A DNA stretch of 64,000 nt from Vulcanimicrobiota bacterium (lineage in GTDB: Bacteria; Vulcanimicrobiota; Vulcanimicrobiia; Vulcanimicrobiales; Vulcanimicrobiaceae). Of this stretch, positions 33,803 to 42,824 are shown one piece after another. The stretch is from NCBI GenBank assembly GCA_963695225.1, contig OY968762.1, positions 2,592,001 to 2,656,000 on the forward strand. Reading direction: 5' to 3'. The first letter of the stretch is position 1; each line of letters starts with the position of its first letter. Under the pieces are notes generated by a model. It ran no database searches and had not been told where the DNA came from. It worked only from the letters and a program-made list of their open reading frames with translations. The position numbers were made by a program, and so were the translations under genes.

Positions 33803-34543
33803 TCAGGCGGAGATTTCCGGCTCGTCGCGCATCGGCTCGTGCTCGCGGCCGGTCTCGATGCGCGAACCGTCCGCGCGTACCGTTTCGGGGAAATTGGCGA
33901 AGGGGCGCATGCGCCGGGGTTCCTGCAGTTCGATCTCCGGGACGAGATCCTTGAGTTCGGTGAACTCGTCGGCAGCGTCCAGGAGATCGTCCGAGGCGCG
34001 CGCCGGAAACGCGCGCGGATGCTCCGCGGTTGCGCTGTACGCCTGGGAGACCTGGCTCGCCACGACTTGCACGCGCACGCCTCGCATCCCGACGGCCTTG
34101 ACGACCGGGACGAAATCCGAATCGCCGGAGACGAGAACCATCCGGTCGCAGCGATCGGCGAGCGTGAGCATGTCGATGGCGAGCTCGATGTCGAGATCGG
34201 CCTTCGTGTTCCCGTCGGCGAAGACTTTGACGGGCTTGCGGACGACTTGATACCCGTTACGGTTCAGCATCCGGATGAACCCCTGCTGCTGCGCCCGCTT
34301 GCGTTCGCTCTCTTGCGGATCGGCCTGGAAGACGCCCCCTTCGACGAGGCGAGCGCGCCGCAGATTCTGCAGGTTCGCGTACGCCTCTTCCGTCCATTCT
34401 CCGATGTAGTAGTACGCGCGCAGGAGAGTTCGAGAGCCGGTAAGCGTCGTCAGCAGCCGCTTGAAATCGACGCGGATGCCGAAACCCTCGTAGGTCGCCT
34501 TCGCGAAGTTCCAGCCGTCGATGAAGATCGCAACGCGCTCCAT
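33803..34543 (-). CDS. NYN-domain (LabA/DUF88) protein
   Basis: AIFIDGWN, KADLDIELAID, LVSGDSDFVP; GAGGA RBS. Confidence 0.92.
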   Translation of the reverse strand: MERVAIFIDGWNFAKATYEGFGIRVDFKRLLTTLTGSRTLLRAYYYIGEWTEEAYANLQNLRRARLVEGGVFQADPQESERKRAQQQGFIRMLNRNGYQVVRKPVKVFADGNTKADLDIELAIDMLTLADRCDRMVLVSGDSDFVPVVKAVGMRGVRVQVVASQVSQAYSATAEHPRAFPARASDDLLDAADEFTELKDLVPEIELQEPRRMRPFANFPETVRADGSRIETGREHEPMRDEPEISA

Positions 34544-34625
34544 GTTTCCTCTTCCGTTCACGATTCAAATTCGTACCCGGCTTGCGGGGCCGCCAATCGC
34601 GAGGGACGCGCGGGGGACGTAAGTC

Positions 34626-35936
34626 CTAGGCGAAACTCTCCTCGCCGGCCGTCGCCGCGACGCCGTCGGAGACGGCGACCCGCGCGAGCTGCACGGCCTG
34701 CTTCGCCGTGATCTTCGGGGGCTCGGTGCAGACCGGCATGCGCGGCCGGAACCACGTGGCGAAGGCGGCGCGCGCCGCGTTGATCCCGAGCATCAGATGC
34801 TGGTGCGGCCTCACGGTCGCCATCTCTTTGAAGAGGTAGCTATCGAACGTCAGCTTCTGCACGACGTCGACGTCGCACATGTCGACGAAGAATTCACGCC
34901 GGCGATGGCTCGTGTACGAGATGTTCTCGAGGAACTCGAGGAAGTCGAACATCGCGCCGTAACGCTTCTGCCAGAGCATCTCGTAGCGGTCGAGCCTCGC
35001 CTTGTGATCGCCGAAATACGCGTGGAGCGTCTGAGCCGCCAGCCGTCCCGACGCCATCGAAAAATAGATGCCCTCGCCGGACGTGTGCGCGACCATTCCG
35101 CCTGCGTCGCCGACGAGGAGCGTGCGGCCGTAGACGAGCTTTTTGTGGCGCCCCATCGGCAGCGGGTGCCCTTCGAGCAGGATGCGCTTCGCGCCGCGCA
35201 GCTTGTCGCCGGCGCGTGCCTTGACGCCCTCGAGGAACGCGTACGATTGATTCGCGTGTTCGGGGCGGCAGCCGGTGCCGACCGCGACGTGGTCGCTCTT
35301 GGGGAAGATCCAGCCGTAGAAATCCGGAGAGACGTCGTCGCCGAGGTAAAGTTCGGCGCGCGATTCGTAATACGCCATCGCGTCGTCGGGGAGCATGAGC
35401 CGTTCTTGGATCGCCGAGGCGTGGCGGGCGGGCTTGCGTCCGCACGATTTCGCGACCGGGGAGCCGGCGCCGTCCGCACCGACGAGCGCGTCCGCGTTGA
35501 TGAATTCCTCGCGCCCGTCGCGGTAGCGCACGCGCACGCGCACGGTACCGTCGGGGAGGTTCTCGTGCGAAACGAACGTCGCTTCGCGGAGTTCCGCGCC
35601 CGCCTGCTGCGCTTTCTCGCGCATCGCGCGATCGAGCACTTCGCGCGTGACCATGATGATGTAATCGTCTTCGCGCGGAATCGTCCCGCGCACGTCCATC
35701 TCGATCTGCTTGTTGCTCGGCCCGATCACGACGGCACGCTTCGTCTTCCGTTCGATGATCGTGGGCGGAATGCCGAACTCCGTGATCGCCTTCGGGGGGA
35801 CGGCGCCGCCGCAGGGTTTCTTCCGCTTGAGATCGCGCTCGAGCATGAGGACGTCGAAGCCGGTTGCCGCGAGATCGCCCGCTGCGACGCTGCCGCCGAC
35901 GTTGGCGCCGACGACGATGACCGAACCATGCTTCAT
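34626..35936 (-). CDS. bchP: geranylgeranyl reductase
   Basis: KPCGGAVP, GADGA.S, VSPDFYGWIFPK, GDAGG.V...SGEGIY, LTFDSYLFK. Confidence 0.95.
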   Translation of the reverse strand: MKHGSVIVVGANVGGSVAAGDLAATGFDVLMLERDLKRKKPCGGAVPPKAITEFGIPPTIIERKTKRAVVIGPSNKQIEMDVRGTIPREDDYIIMVTREVLDRAMREKAQQAGAELREATFVSHENLPDGTVRVRVRYRDGREEFINADALVGADGAGSPVAKSCGRKPARHASAIQERLMLPDDAMAYYESRAELYLGDDVSPDFYGWIFPKSDHVAVGTGCRPEHANQSYAFLEGVKARAGDKLRGAKRILLEGHPLPMGRHKKLVYGRTLLVGDAGGMVAHTSGEGIYFSMASGRLAAQTLHAYFGDHKARLDRYEMLWQKRYGAMFDFLEFLENISYTSHRRREFFVDMCDVDVVQKLTFDSYLFKEMATVRPHQHLMLGINAARAAFATWFRPRMPVCTEPPKITAKQAVQLARVAVSDGVAATAGEESFA

Positions 35937-36926
35937 TTAGAATCCTCCGGAGCGAACGGCAAGCGCCGCGACGAGCATTCCCCAAACGAACGGGGGGATG
36001 CCCGTGGCGCAATACCACGGCGCGAGTTTGGCGGGATCCGAGGCGAGCTTACGCTGCATCGGAAGTTGCACGAGAAAGAGAATCGCCATCACGCCGGCGG
36101 CGAGATACATGCGATGCGCGAGCACGTACGCGATCGCGAGAACTTGGAAGACGTCGATGAAGACGATCGCGGCCTTGAGCGCATTCTCGCGGCCGAGCAG
36201 CACGGGGAGCGAACGAAGTCCGAGGCGCTTATCGCCTTCGTAGCTCTTGAAATCGTTGAGCGTCATCAAGCCGTGCGAGCCGAGCGAATAGAGCGAGGCG
36301 AGGACGAGCGTCCCGGTCGAGACGTGCCCGAAGCTCGCGGCGCCCGCGACCCACGCGAAGCCTTCGTACGAGAACGCGCAGGCAGCGTTGGCGAGCCACC
36401 CGTTGCGCGCTTTCAGCCGTAACGGCGGCATGCTGTATGCGAAGGCGAGCACGATGCCGCCGATCGCAAGATATCCGACCGAGGGCCCCAGCACGAACGC
36501 GACGATCAGCGCGAGGGCGAGGAGCACGCCCGAAACCGCGGCGACGATCCCCGGCGTGAGCTGGTTTGCAGCCGTCGGCCGCTCCGGTTCGTTGATCCGG
36601 TCTACGTCGCGGTCGTACCAATCGTTGACGACCTGCGAGAGCGCGCACAGTAGCGGGCCGGCGAGGAACATCCCGAGCAGGATGCGTCCGATCGAACCGA
36701 GGTCCCAGTGCGCGTTCCCCGAGGCGACGCAGCCGACGAGCCAGGCCCACATCGGCGCGAACCATGTCCCCGGCTTCATGAACGTGCGCAGCGAGGCGTT
36801 GATGTTCGCCGCGCCGTGTTCGCGGCTGGCAAACGGCAGCATCATCGCGCCCAAATGTCCGGCCGTCGAAACGGTCGAGCGCGCTGTCTCGCGTAGGGTG
36901 GAAATCTTCGAATCCGGGGTGGACAT
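35937..36926 (-). CDS. bchG: bacteriochlorophyll synthase
   Basis: MKP.TWFAPMWA, NDWYDRDVDRINEPERP, YSMPPLRLK, NDFKSYEGD. Confidence 0.95.
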   Translation of the reverse strand: MSTPDSKISTLRETARSTVSTAGHLGAMMLPFASREHGAANINASLRTFMKPGTWFAPMWAWLVGCVASGNAHWDLGSIGRILLGMFLAGPLLCALSQVVNDWYDRDVDRINEPERPTAANQLTPGIVAAVSGVLLALALIVAFVLGPSVGYLAIGGIVLAFAYSMPPLRLKARNGWLANAACAFSYEGFAWVAGAASFGHVSTGTLVLASLYSLGSHGLMTLNDFKSYEGDKRLGLRSLPVLLGRENALKAAIVFIDVFQVLAIAYVLAHRMYLAAGVMAILFLVQLPMQRKLASDPAKLAPWYCATGIPPFVWGMLVAALAVRSGGF

Positions 36927-36929
36927 CCC

Positions 36930-38471
36930 TTAACCCCCGATCTGTTCCCGCGCGCGAAGCACGACGCCTTCGTCGATCGTCGCGATCCGGTGCTCGCGCG
37001 CGTACTTCTCGACGTTCGAGCGGGCCTTCTTGCGGACGAAGAACGGGATCCGCGACATCAGCCGCTCCGCCCCGGCATCCCACACGAGCGTCCCGCCGCC
37101 GTCGTTCCCGCTCGCCGCGACGGCGGTCGCGCTCGCGGCCGGCGCCTGCTCCCGCTCGGGTTCCGGTGCCGCCTCCGCGAAGCGCCCCTGCCCGCGCGGC
37201 CCGAACGTCTCGATCAGGTGATGTTCGAGGCCGAGCACTTGCGTCGAGTTGACGAGATCCCCAAGATGGTTCGCCCCGTCGTAGCCCACGAACGGCGCGT
37301 ATCCCAGCGGGAAGTTCAGAATGTGTGCCGGCGGCGAGATCACCGCGCACGGCACCCCGAAACCGCTCGCCGAATGCCGCTCCATCTGCGAGCCGAACAT
37401 GATGTCCGGCCGCGTCGCGTCCATTTCGCGCGCGACCTCGCGGTAATCGTCCGTCACGAGCACGCGCTCCGTGACGCCGGCGACCCGCTCGCGCAGCCAA
37501 TCCCCATACTCGAGCACGTACGTCCCGACGAAGTCGACCTGCATGTCGAGTTCGTCGCGCAGCGCCCGCGCGATCCCGGCCGCCGCCGTAGGCGTCCCGA
37601 ACACGGCAACGCGCTTCCCCGAAAGCGCATGCGCGTCGACGGTCCGCGCGTACCAGAGCAAGCGTGCGTCCTTCGCCGCCGCCTTGATTCGCTCGCCCGG
37701 AATCTCGACGAGCGCGCACAGCTCCCGCAGAAACCGCGTCGTCCCCGCTTCCCCAAACGGCAGCGCCTCCGTCCACGGAGTCCCAAACCGTTCCCGAAGG
37801 AAGTCGAGCGTCGGCTGCGCCAACTCGAATGCGGTCGGGACGTTGACCCAAGCCCGCCCGAGCGTCGCCAGATCCGCCGGCGAAGCCCCGAGCGGAACGA
37901 CCGCGTTGACCTCGATCCCGAGCGCCGCGAACATCTTGCGCAGCGACTCGATATTGCCGTGGTCGTGGAACCCCAGCAACGAAGGCCCGATGATGTTGAC
38001 GGAAGGCCGTTCGCTGCGCGCCGTGTCCTTCGCGAAATGCGCGACGAGCTCGCGGACCGTCTTCGCGAACGCGCTCGTCTCGTTATCCCGAACCGGATGC
38101 GCCGTCGCCTGAAAGATCTCGGCGGCGACCTCCCCCGGCTTCATCATCGAAATCTCGCCGTCGAGCGGCTCCTGCAGCACGCTCGCCGTAGCGCTCCGAG
38201 TCACGACGATCAACTCCGGCCGCTCGCGCCGGTCAACCTCCCGCAAGAGCGCCGGAATGTTCGCGCTCGCCCCCGCCAGCGTCGCCTCCGAGAGCCCGCA
38301 AACGCTCATCGGCGGGGTCACCCCCAACCGCTCGAACATGGCGAGCATGATCGTGGCATACCCGTCGCCCTTGGGCGCCCGCAGCACCGCATGCACCTTC
38401 GCCATGGAAGCCGCCGCCCGACAGACGCCCACATGCGCCGGAGCCTGATAGCTCCAAATCGCGAGCTTCAC
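36930..38471 (-). CDS. bchB: dark-operative protochlorophyllide reductase subunit B
   Basis: KLAIWSYQAPAHVG, AP.GD.Y, GSQMERH, LGLEHHL, C-terminal PCP_red domain (IPFFVRKKAR.NVE). Confidence 0.95.
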   Translation of the reverse strand: MKLAIWSYQAPAHVGVCRAAASMAKVHAVLRAPKGDGYATIMLAMFERLGVTPPMSVCGLSEATLAGASANIPALLREVDRRERPELIVVTRSATASVLQEPLDGEISMMKPGEVAAEIFQATAHPVRDNETSAFAKTVRELVAHFAKDTARSERPSVNIIGPSLLGFHDHGNIESLRKMFAALGIEVNAVVPLGASPADLATLGRAWVNVPTAFELAQPTLDFLRERFGTPWTEALPFGEAGTTRFLRELCALVEIPGERIKAAAKDARLLWYARTVDAHALSGKRVAVFGTPTAAAGIARALRDELDMQVDFVGTYVLEYGDWLRERVAGVTERVLVTDDYREVAREMDATRPDIMFGSQMERHSASGFGVPCAVISPPAHILNFPLGYAPFVGYDGANHLGDLVNSTQVLGLEHHLIETFGPRGQGRFAEAAPEPEREQAPAASATAVAASGNDGGGTLVWDAGAERLMSRIPFFVRKKARSNVEKYAREHRIATIDEGVVLRAREQIGG

Positions 38472-38535
38472 AGCCGGCCCCACCCTTCGACAAGCGCAGG
38501 GTGACGAAGGACCAGGCGAGCCGTCAATGCCCATC

Positions 38536-38690
38536 GGGTCAGTCCGGGGCGGCGAGGGGCCTTGGCGGGAACTCCGACGACGAGCGGAGCCCGGAGGGCG
38601 GGAGCGAGGAGCGGTGTAGCGCTGGTTTTCCCATGGATGGGAAAACCAGCAGCGGTCCCGCCAAGGCCCCTCGCCGCCCCGGACTGACCC
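38536..38690. repeat. 155-bp element with perfect 35-bp terminal inverted repeats; divergent member of the CATCCATG repeat family
   Basis: arms 38536-38570 and 38656-38690; internal hairpin GCTGGTTTTCCCATGGATGGGAAAACCAGC. Confidence 0.88.
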
Positions 38691-38699
38691 AGCCGTGAC

Positions 38700-39974
38700 C
38701 TACGCATGCGCGCTCTCCGGCCGGAAGAACTCGAGGTCGATCGGCCGCGCCGAGGCCCCGTCGGCCGCGCGCCGCTTGGCGAGCGCGTCATGCCGCCTCA
38801 GACAGGCCGTGAACATGCCGAAGAGCGTGGCCGCGCCCGAGAAGCCGTGGATGACCTGGAACGAGAGCTCGGTCGACCATTTCACGTTGAACCCCATCCC
38901 CTCGAGCGGATTCGCCACGTTGAGGCTGGCGACGACGAGATCGGGCCTCCGAGCCGAGAGCCGTGCGAACAGCGCGAAGCGATCGGGCCGTTCGAGGATC
39001 TCGACCCCGGCGAGCGACTCGACCTCGGGGGCGTGGTACTTGCGGAAGACGTTCGGGGTGCCCACGATGTCGATGTGGGCACCGGCGGCGCGGAGCGTCC
39101 GGGCGAGCGGGAGTTCGAGCATCGTGTCCGACGCGAAGGCGATCGAGCGGCCGCGAAGTTGTTCCGTTTGGGGCGCGAGGGCGGCCCAAGCGGCGGCCTC
39201 GCGCTCGGCGTATGAGACGGATTTGCCGAACGCCGTCGCGAGCGTTTCATAGAACGCGCGCGCGCCGTCGGGGCCGTATGGGAAGATCGTCTTGTGCAAC
39301 GCGCAACCGCGCTCGCGCTGCGCGTACGTGACGGATCCGTACAGGAACGGATTCACCGGCGCGAGGACGGTGTTCGGCCCGATCGGCGGCAAGTCGAGCG
39401 CGCTCTCGGCGGGTAGGAACCGCGGAACGGGCAGGCCCATGCGGGAGCATTCGAGCCTGATCTCGGCTTCCTCGAGCGCGGAGATGCACCCCAGAATGAC
39501 GAGATTCCGTTCGCTCGTCGTCGGAGCGCGTTCGATCATCGCGGTGAGAACGTGGTCCTCGCCTTGGGTGTAGGACGGGTCGAAGCCGTCGAGCCGGCAA
39601 GGGTAGACCGGGACGCCGAACTCCCGCTCGAGCGGCGGCGCGCACCCGGCGACGTGCATCTTGAGGATCTCGGGCGTGCACGTCGAGGCGAGGAAGATCG
39701 CCCGGGGCGCGTGCTCCGCCACGATCGCCTCGACGAGCGGGCGCAGGCCGGTCAGCGGATCGGCGCCCGAGAGGTCGTCCTCGTCGAGGACGGCCGTCGC
39801 GAAGCGCGGCTTCGCGAAGATCATGACGCCGAGCGCGGTCTGCAGGAAGCCTTGGCACGAGCCAGTTCCCACGACCAAAAAGAAGCTGTCCTGCATCTTG
39901 TGATGCAGCCAGCCGATCGGCGCGAGGGAACAGAAATCATCGCGTTCGATGGTGTCGACTTGGGCATCGAACAA
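38700..39974 (-). CDS. bchN: dark-operative protochlorophyllide reductase subunit N
   Basis: FC.L..IGWLH.KMQDSFFLVVGT..C, LGVMIFA.PRF, STC.PE, KWS.EL; TTG start after GGAGG (ORF track starts at 40010). Confidence 0.94.
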   Translation of the reverse strand: MFDAQVDTIERDDFCSLAPIGWLHHKMQDSFFLVVGTGSCQGFLQTALGVMIFAKPRFATAVLDEDDLSGADPLTGLRPLVEAIVAEHAPRAIFLASTCTPEILKMHVAGCAPPLEREFGVPVYPCRLDGFDPSYTQGEDHVLTAMIERAPTTSERNLVILGCISALEEAEIRLECSRMGLPVPRFLPAESALDLPPIGPNTVLAPVNPFLYGSVTYAQRERGCALHKTIFPYGPDGARAFYETLATAFGKSVSYAEREAAAWAALAPQTEQLRGRSIAFASDTMLELPLARTLRAAGAHIDIVGTPNVFRKYHAPEVESLAGVEILERPDRFALFARLSARRPDLVVASLNVANPLEGMGFNVKWSTELSFQVIHGFSGAATLFGMFTACLRRHDALAKRRAADGASARPIDLEFFRPESAHA

Positions 39975-40008
39975 GGCTACGGCACCTCCGGACGTGGCTC
40001 TGCGTACC

Positions 40009-40051
40009 ATGATGCAGCCCGCGCCTCGGCGATGGGGTGATAGCAGTCACG
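40009..40051 (-). promoter_or_regulatory. Crp box (CGTGA-ctgcta-TCACC on minus strand) plus weak -10 CATCAT for bchNBGP
   Basis: GTG-N8-CAC-N22-CATCAT. Confidence 0.6.
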
Positions 40052-40149
40052 CCGCAAGGCCGGCGTCCGGTTTCGGGTCCGCGCGCCGGAACGCCGATAC
40101 TAGTGAGTGGAGGCAACCTAGCGCCCCGTTGACGAACGAAAGCACCACG

Positions 40150-40371
40150 ATGAAGCTCGATCCGCTATACGACGACTGCAAGTCGGAACTCAGCCCCGAT
40201 ATGTCGCAGAAGGCCGCAGCCCTCACCGATGCATCCCTGCGCGCCGAGTTGGCGTACGCCTACGAGTGCGGGCCGTACAACGATGATGCGGAACCTGAAG
40301 GGCTCTGGTTCGAGGCGCTCCAGGCGGAACGCGCGAAGCGCGGCCTCCCCGAAGGCTTCGGCAAAGGCTAG
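40150..40371 (+). CDS. small hypothetical protein (73 aa)
   Basis: ATG-started ORF with plausible composition. Confidence 0.55.
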   Translation: MKLDPLYDDCKSELSPDMSQKAAALTDASLRAELAYAYECGPYNDDAEPEGLWFEALQAERAKRGLPEGFGKG

Positions 40372-40374
40372 CGC

Positions 40375-40713
40375 CTGCGCACGGGCGATCCGGCTGTCTA
40401 CGTCCTGATCTGTTCGGACGGTTCGCTCTATGCCGGTTGGACAGTCGATCTCGCCGCGCGCCTTCGCAGCCACGGGAACGGCACCGCTGCGCGCTACACG
40501 CGCTCGCGCCTCCCATGCATGTTGCTCGCTTGGTGGACGACGCCGGATCGAGCGAGCGCGATGCGCGAAGAGGCGCGCTTCAAGCGCATGACGCGGGCTC
40601 AAAAGATCGGGACGCTGGAGAGCGGACAGGTGTTCGGCCGAACGCTGCTCAAGGCCCCGCTACTCGAACCATATGCAGCGCGGCCCAACTGCGGCCGCCG
40701 CCAGGGAGGAACG
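40375..40713 (+). CDS. GIY-YIG (UPF0213/YhbQ-like) nuclease domain, no clear start and no stop before the cyclophilin
   Basis: VYVLICSDGSLYAGWTVDL..RL..H..G.AARYTRSR.P...A.REE..FK.MTR.QK. Confidence 0.7.
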
Positions 40714-41208
40714 ATGCCCACGTATACCCCGCCGACCGGCGCCGAACTCGATGCGCTCGCCGCCGAAGCCGCAACCGTCCAAGCCCGGATAACGACGAAG
40801 AAAGGCGACATCGTCTTTCGCTTCTATCCGGTCGAGGCGCGACAGCACTCTGCCGCGTTCATCAAGCTCGCGCGCGCCGGCTTCTACGACGGCCTGAGCT
40901 TTCACCGCGTCGAGCCGGGCTTCGTCATTCAGGGCGGCTGCCCGAACGGAACGGGGACCGGCGGCCCCGGGTACAATCTCGATGCGGAGTTCAACGCGCT
41001 GCCGCACGTGAAGGGAACGGTCGCGATGGCGCGTGCGACGAACCCGAATTCCGCCGGCTCGCAGTTCTACGTCTGCCTCGACGACGCTCGCTTCCTCGAC
41101 AAGCAGTACACGGTGTTCGGGCAGACGACGAGCGGCCAAGACGTCGTCGACGCGATTCGCAAGGGCGACGTGATGGAGAAGGTCACGATCGAACCCTTGG
41201 GTACTTGA
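40714..41208 (+). CDS. cyclophilin-type peptidyl-prolyl isomerase
   Basis: FHRVEPGFVIQGG, GTGGPGY, AMAR...NSAGSQFY; GGGAGG RBS. Confidence 0.95.
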   Translation: MPTYTPPTGAELDALAAEAATVQARITTKKGDIVFRFYPVEARQHSAAFIKLARAGFYDGLSFHRVEPGFVIQGGCPNGTGTGGPGYNLDAEFNALPHVKGTVAMARATNPNSAGSQFYVCLDDARFLDKQYTVFGQTTSGQDVVDAIRKGDVMEKVTIEPLGT

Positions 41209-41223
41209 CGAGCGCGCCTCGGC

Positions 41224-42099
41224 TTATGAGCCCAGCGCGCCGTAGATCATGCGCGAGACGCGGCGGATAGCCGCGTCTCCGTTTTCAGGCTCGTTCAGAT
41301 TCTTTGCTAGCGCCGCGACGACGTACGGCGCGCGGCCGAACGGATCGACCGCGCCGATGTCGTTGCGGACGCGCTCGAGTTCGCCCGTCTTGTTGGCGAT
41401 CGGAATCCCGGCCGGGATACCGCGCGGCAGCCCCGTGCGGTCCTCTTGCGCGAGCATGATGCGCAGGATCCGGCGGCAGCCCGCGGCCGAGGCGAGCGGC
41501 GTTTCTTCGCCGCGCGCGCCGCGCGTGAGGTGTATCAGGAACGTCCCCATGTCACGCGGGGAGGTCACGTTCTCGCTCACCCGCCAAACGGGCGGATCGT
41601 CGGCGAAGTGCCGGGCGAGACGCGTCCGGTCGAGCGCGAGATCGGTCGCGACCGCGTTGATCGGCCCGAAGCCGAGCATCGTGATCAGAGCGTTCGAAGC
41701 GGTGTTGTCGCTCTGCGCGATCATCGCGCGCAACAGCGCGGCGACGGCATAGGAATGCCCCGGGCGCGCCGTGCCGAACGTGGGCGAACCGCCGACGATG
41801 TCGCTCGCGCGAATGCCGGCCGTCGCGCCGAGCACGGCCGGGTTCGCGTCGGCTGCGCGCATCAAGGCCGCGGCGATCAAGACTTTGATCGTGCTGGCGG
41901 CCGGGAAGACTTCGTCCGGGTGCAGGACGATCGGCTCGGCCGAGATGTCGAGCGGGCTTGCGAATACGCCGAGCCGGCCTTCGTGCAGCCGCGCCGCGGC
42001 GGCCACCGCCTCGCTCGAAAGATGCGCGCCTGCAGCCTGCGCCGGCCCCGGGACCAAGAGCCCCGCGGCGCCGGCGGCGAGAAACTCGCCACGTTTCAT
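41224..42099 (-). CDS. class A beta-lactamase-like serine hydrolase
   Basis: ASTIK (SxxK), SDN, NKTG; Tat-like leader. Confidence 0.9.
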   Translation of the reverse strand: MKRGEFLAAGAAGLLVPGPAQAAGAHLSSEAVAAAARLHEGRLGVFASPLDISAEPIVLHPDEVFPAASTIKVLIAAALMRAADANPAVLGATAGIRASDIVGGSPTFGTARPGHSYAVAALLRAMIAQSDNTASNALITMLGFGPINAVATDLALDRTRLARHFADDPPVWRVSENVTSPRDMGTFLIHLTRGARGEETPLASAAGCRRILRIMLAQEDRTGLPRGIPAGIPIANKTGELERVRNDIGAVDPFGRAPYVVAALAKNLNEPENGDAAIRRVSRMIYGALGS

Positions 42100-42155
42100 G
42101 CGCGTCCGACTACGGGCGAGGGGGCCCGGACCCCTCGCGCGGAAACGCCGGTGTG

Positions 42156-42824
42156 ATGGTCTCCCGCAGACGCATGCTCGGCGGCCTCGTTGCCTCGACA
42201 CTCTTCGCCGCGTCGCTTCCGGCGAATGCGGCGCCCGCGCTCCAGGGCCGCATCTTCGTGATCGATCCGGGGCACGGAACGCGCCTGCCGAACGGCGATT
42301 GGCTCAATACGGGCGCCGCCGGTCCGCACGGCATCGCCGAACGGGACATCGTGCTCGCCGTCGGAGAGAAGCTCGCCGCCCGGTTGCGCGCGCTCGGGGC
42401 GCGCGTCGTGCTGACGCGCAGTTACGCGCGCCCGATCCGCGTCGCGACGAACAAGTCGCGCGACAACCGCGCGCGGGCGAAGCTCGCGAACGACCTCGGC
42501 GCGAACGCGTTCCTCGCATTGCATTGCGATTCGTCGCTCGATCCGGCGGCGCGCGGGACGAGCGTGTTCTGGTTGCACGGCGATTCGACGGCGCTGGCAT
42601 ACGCCGTGCGCGCGCGCCTCGCGCCGCTCGGCCTCGGCGAAGCGCAATTTCGGCGCCGCGATCTCGCCGTGACGGACGAAGCGCGCGTCCCGGCGGTCCT
42701 CGTCGAGCTCGGCTTTCTTTCGAACCCGGCGCAGGAACGGCTCCTGTCGTCGGACGCTTTTCAAGACCGGATCGCGCAGGCGCTCGCCGGCGCGCTCTTC
42801 GACCTCTACGGGAGCACCACATGA
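42156..42824 (+). CDS. N-acetylmuramoyl-L-alanine amidase (Amidase_3)
   Basis: IDPGHG, E, LALHCD, VLVELGFLSN; Tat-like SRRR leader. Confidence 0.92.
   Translation: MVSRRRMLGGLVASTLFAASLPANAAPALQGRIFVIDPGHGTRLPNGDWLNTGAAGPHGIAERDIVLAVGEKLAARLRALGARVVLTRSYARPIRVATNKSRDNRARAKLANDLGANAFLALHCDSSLDPAARGTSVFWLHGDSTALAYAVRARLAPLGLGEAQFRRRDLAVTDEARVPAVLVELGFLSNPAQERLLSSDAFQDRIAQALAGALFDLYGSTT

Noticed and set aside
38472..38534. N-terminal extension of bchB in the ORF track
   Set aside because: BchB homology begins at VKLAIW (GTG 38471)
39975..40010. bchN start at ATG 40010
   Set aside because: It overlaps the predicted -10; GGAGG followed by TTG at 39974 fits better
41224..42099. Bona fide antibiotic-resistance beta-lactamase
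   Set aside because: SxxK/SDN/KTG are present but the omega-loop Glu166 motif is not evident; with the neighbouring amidase a cell-wall role is at least as likely
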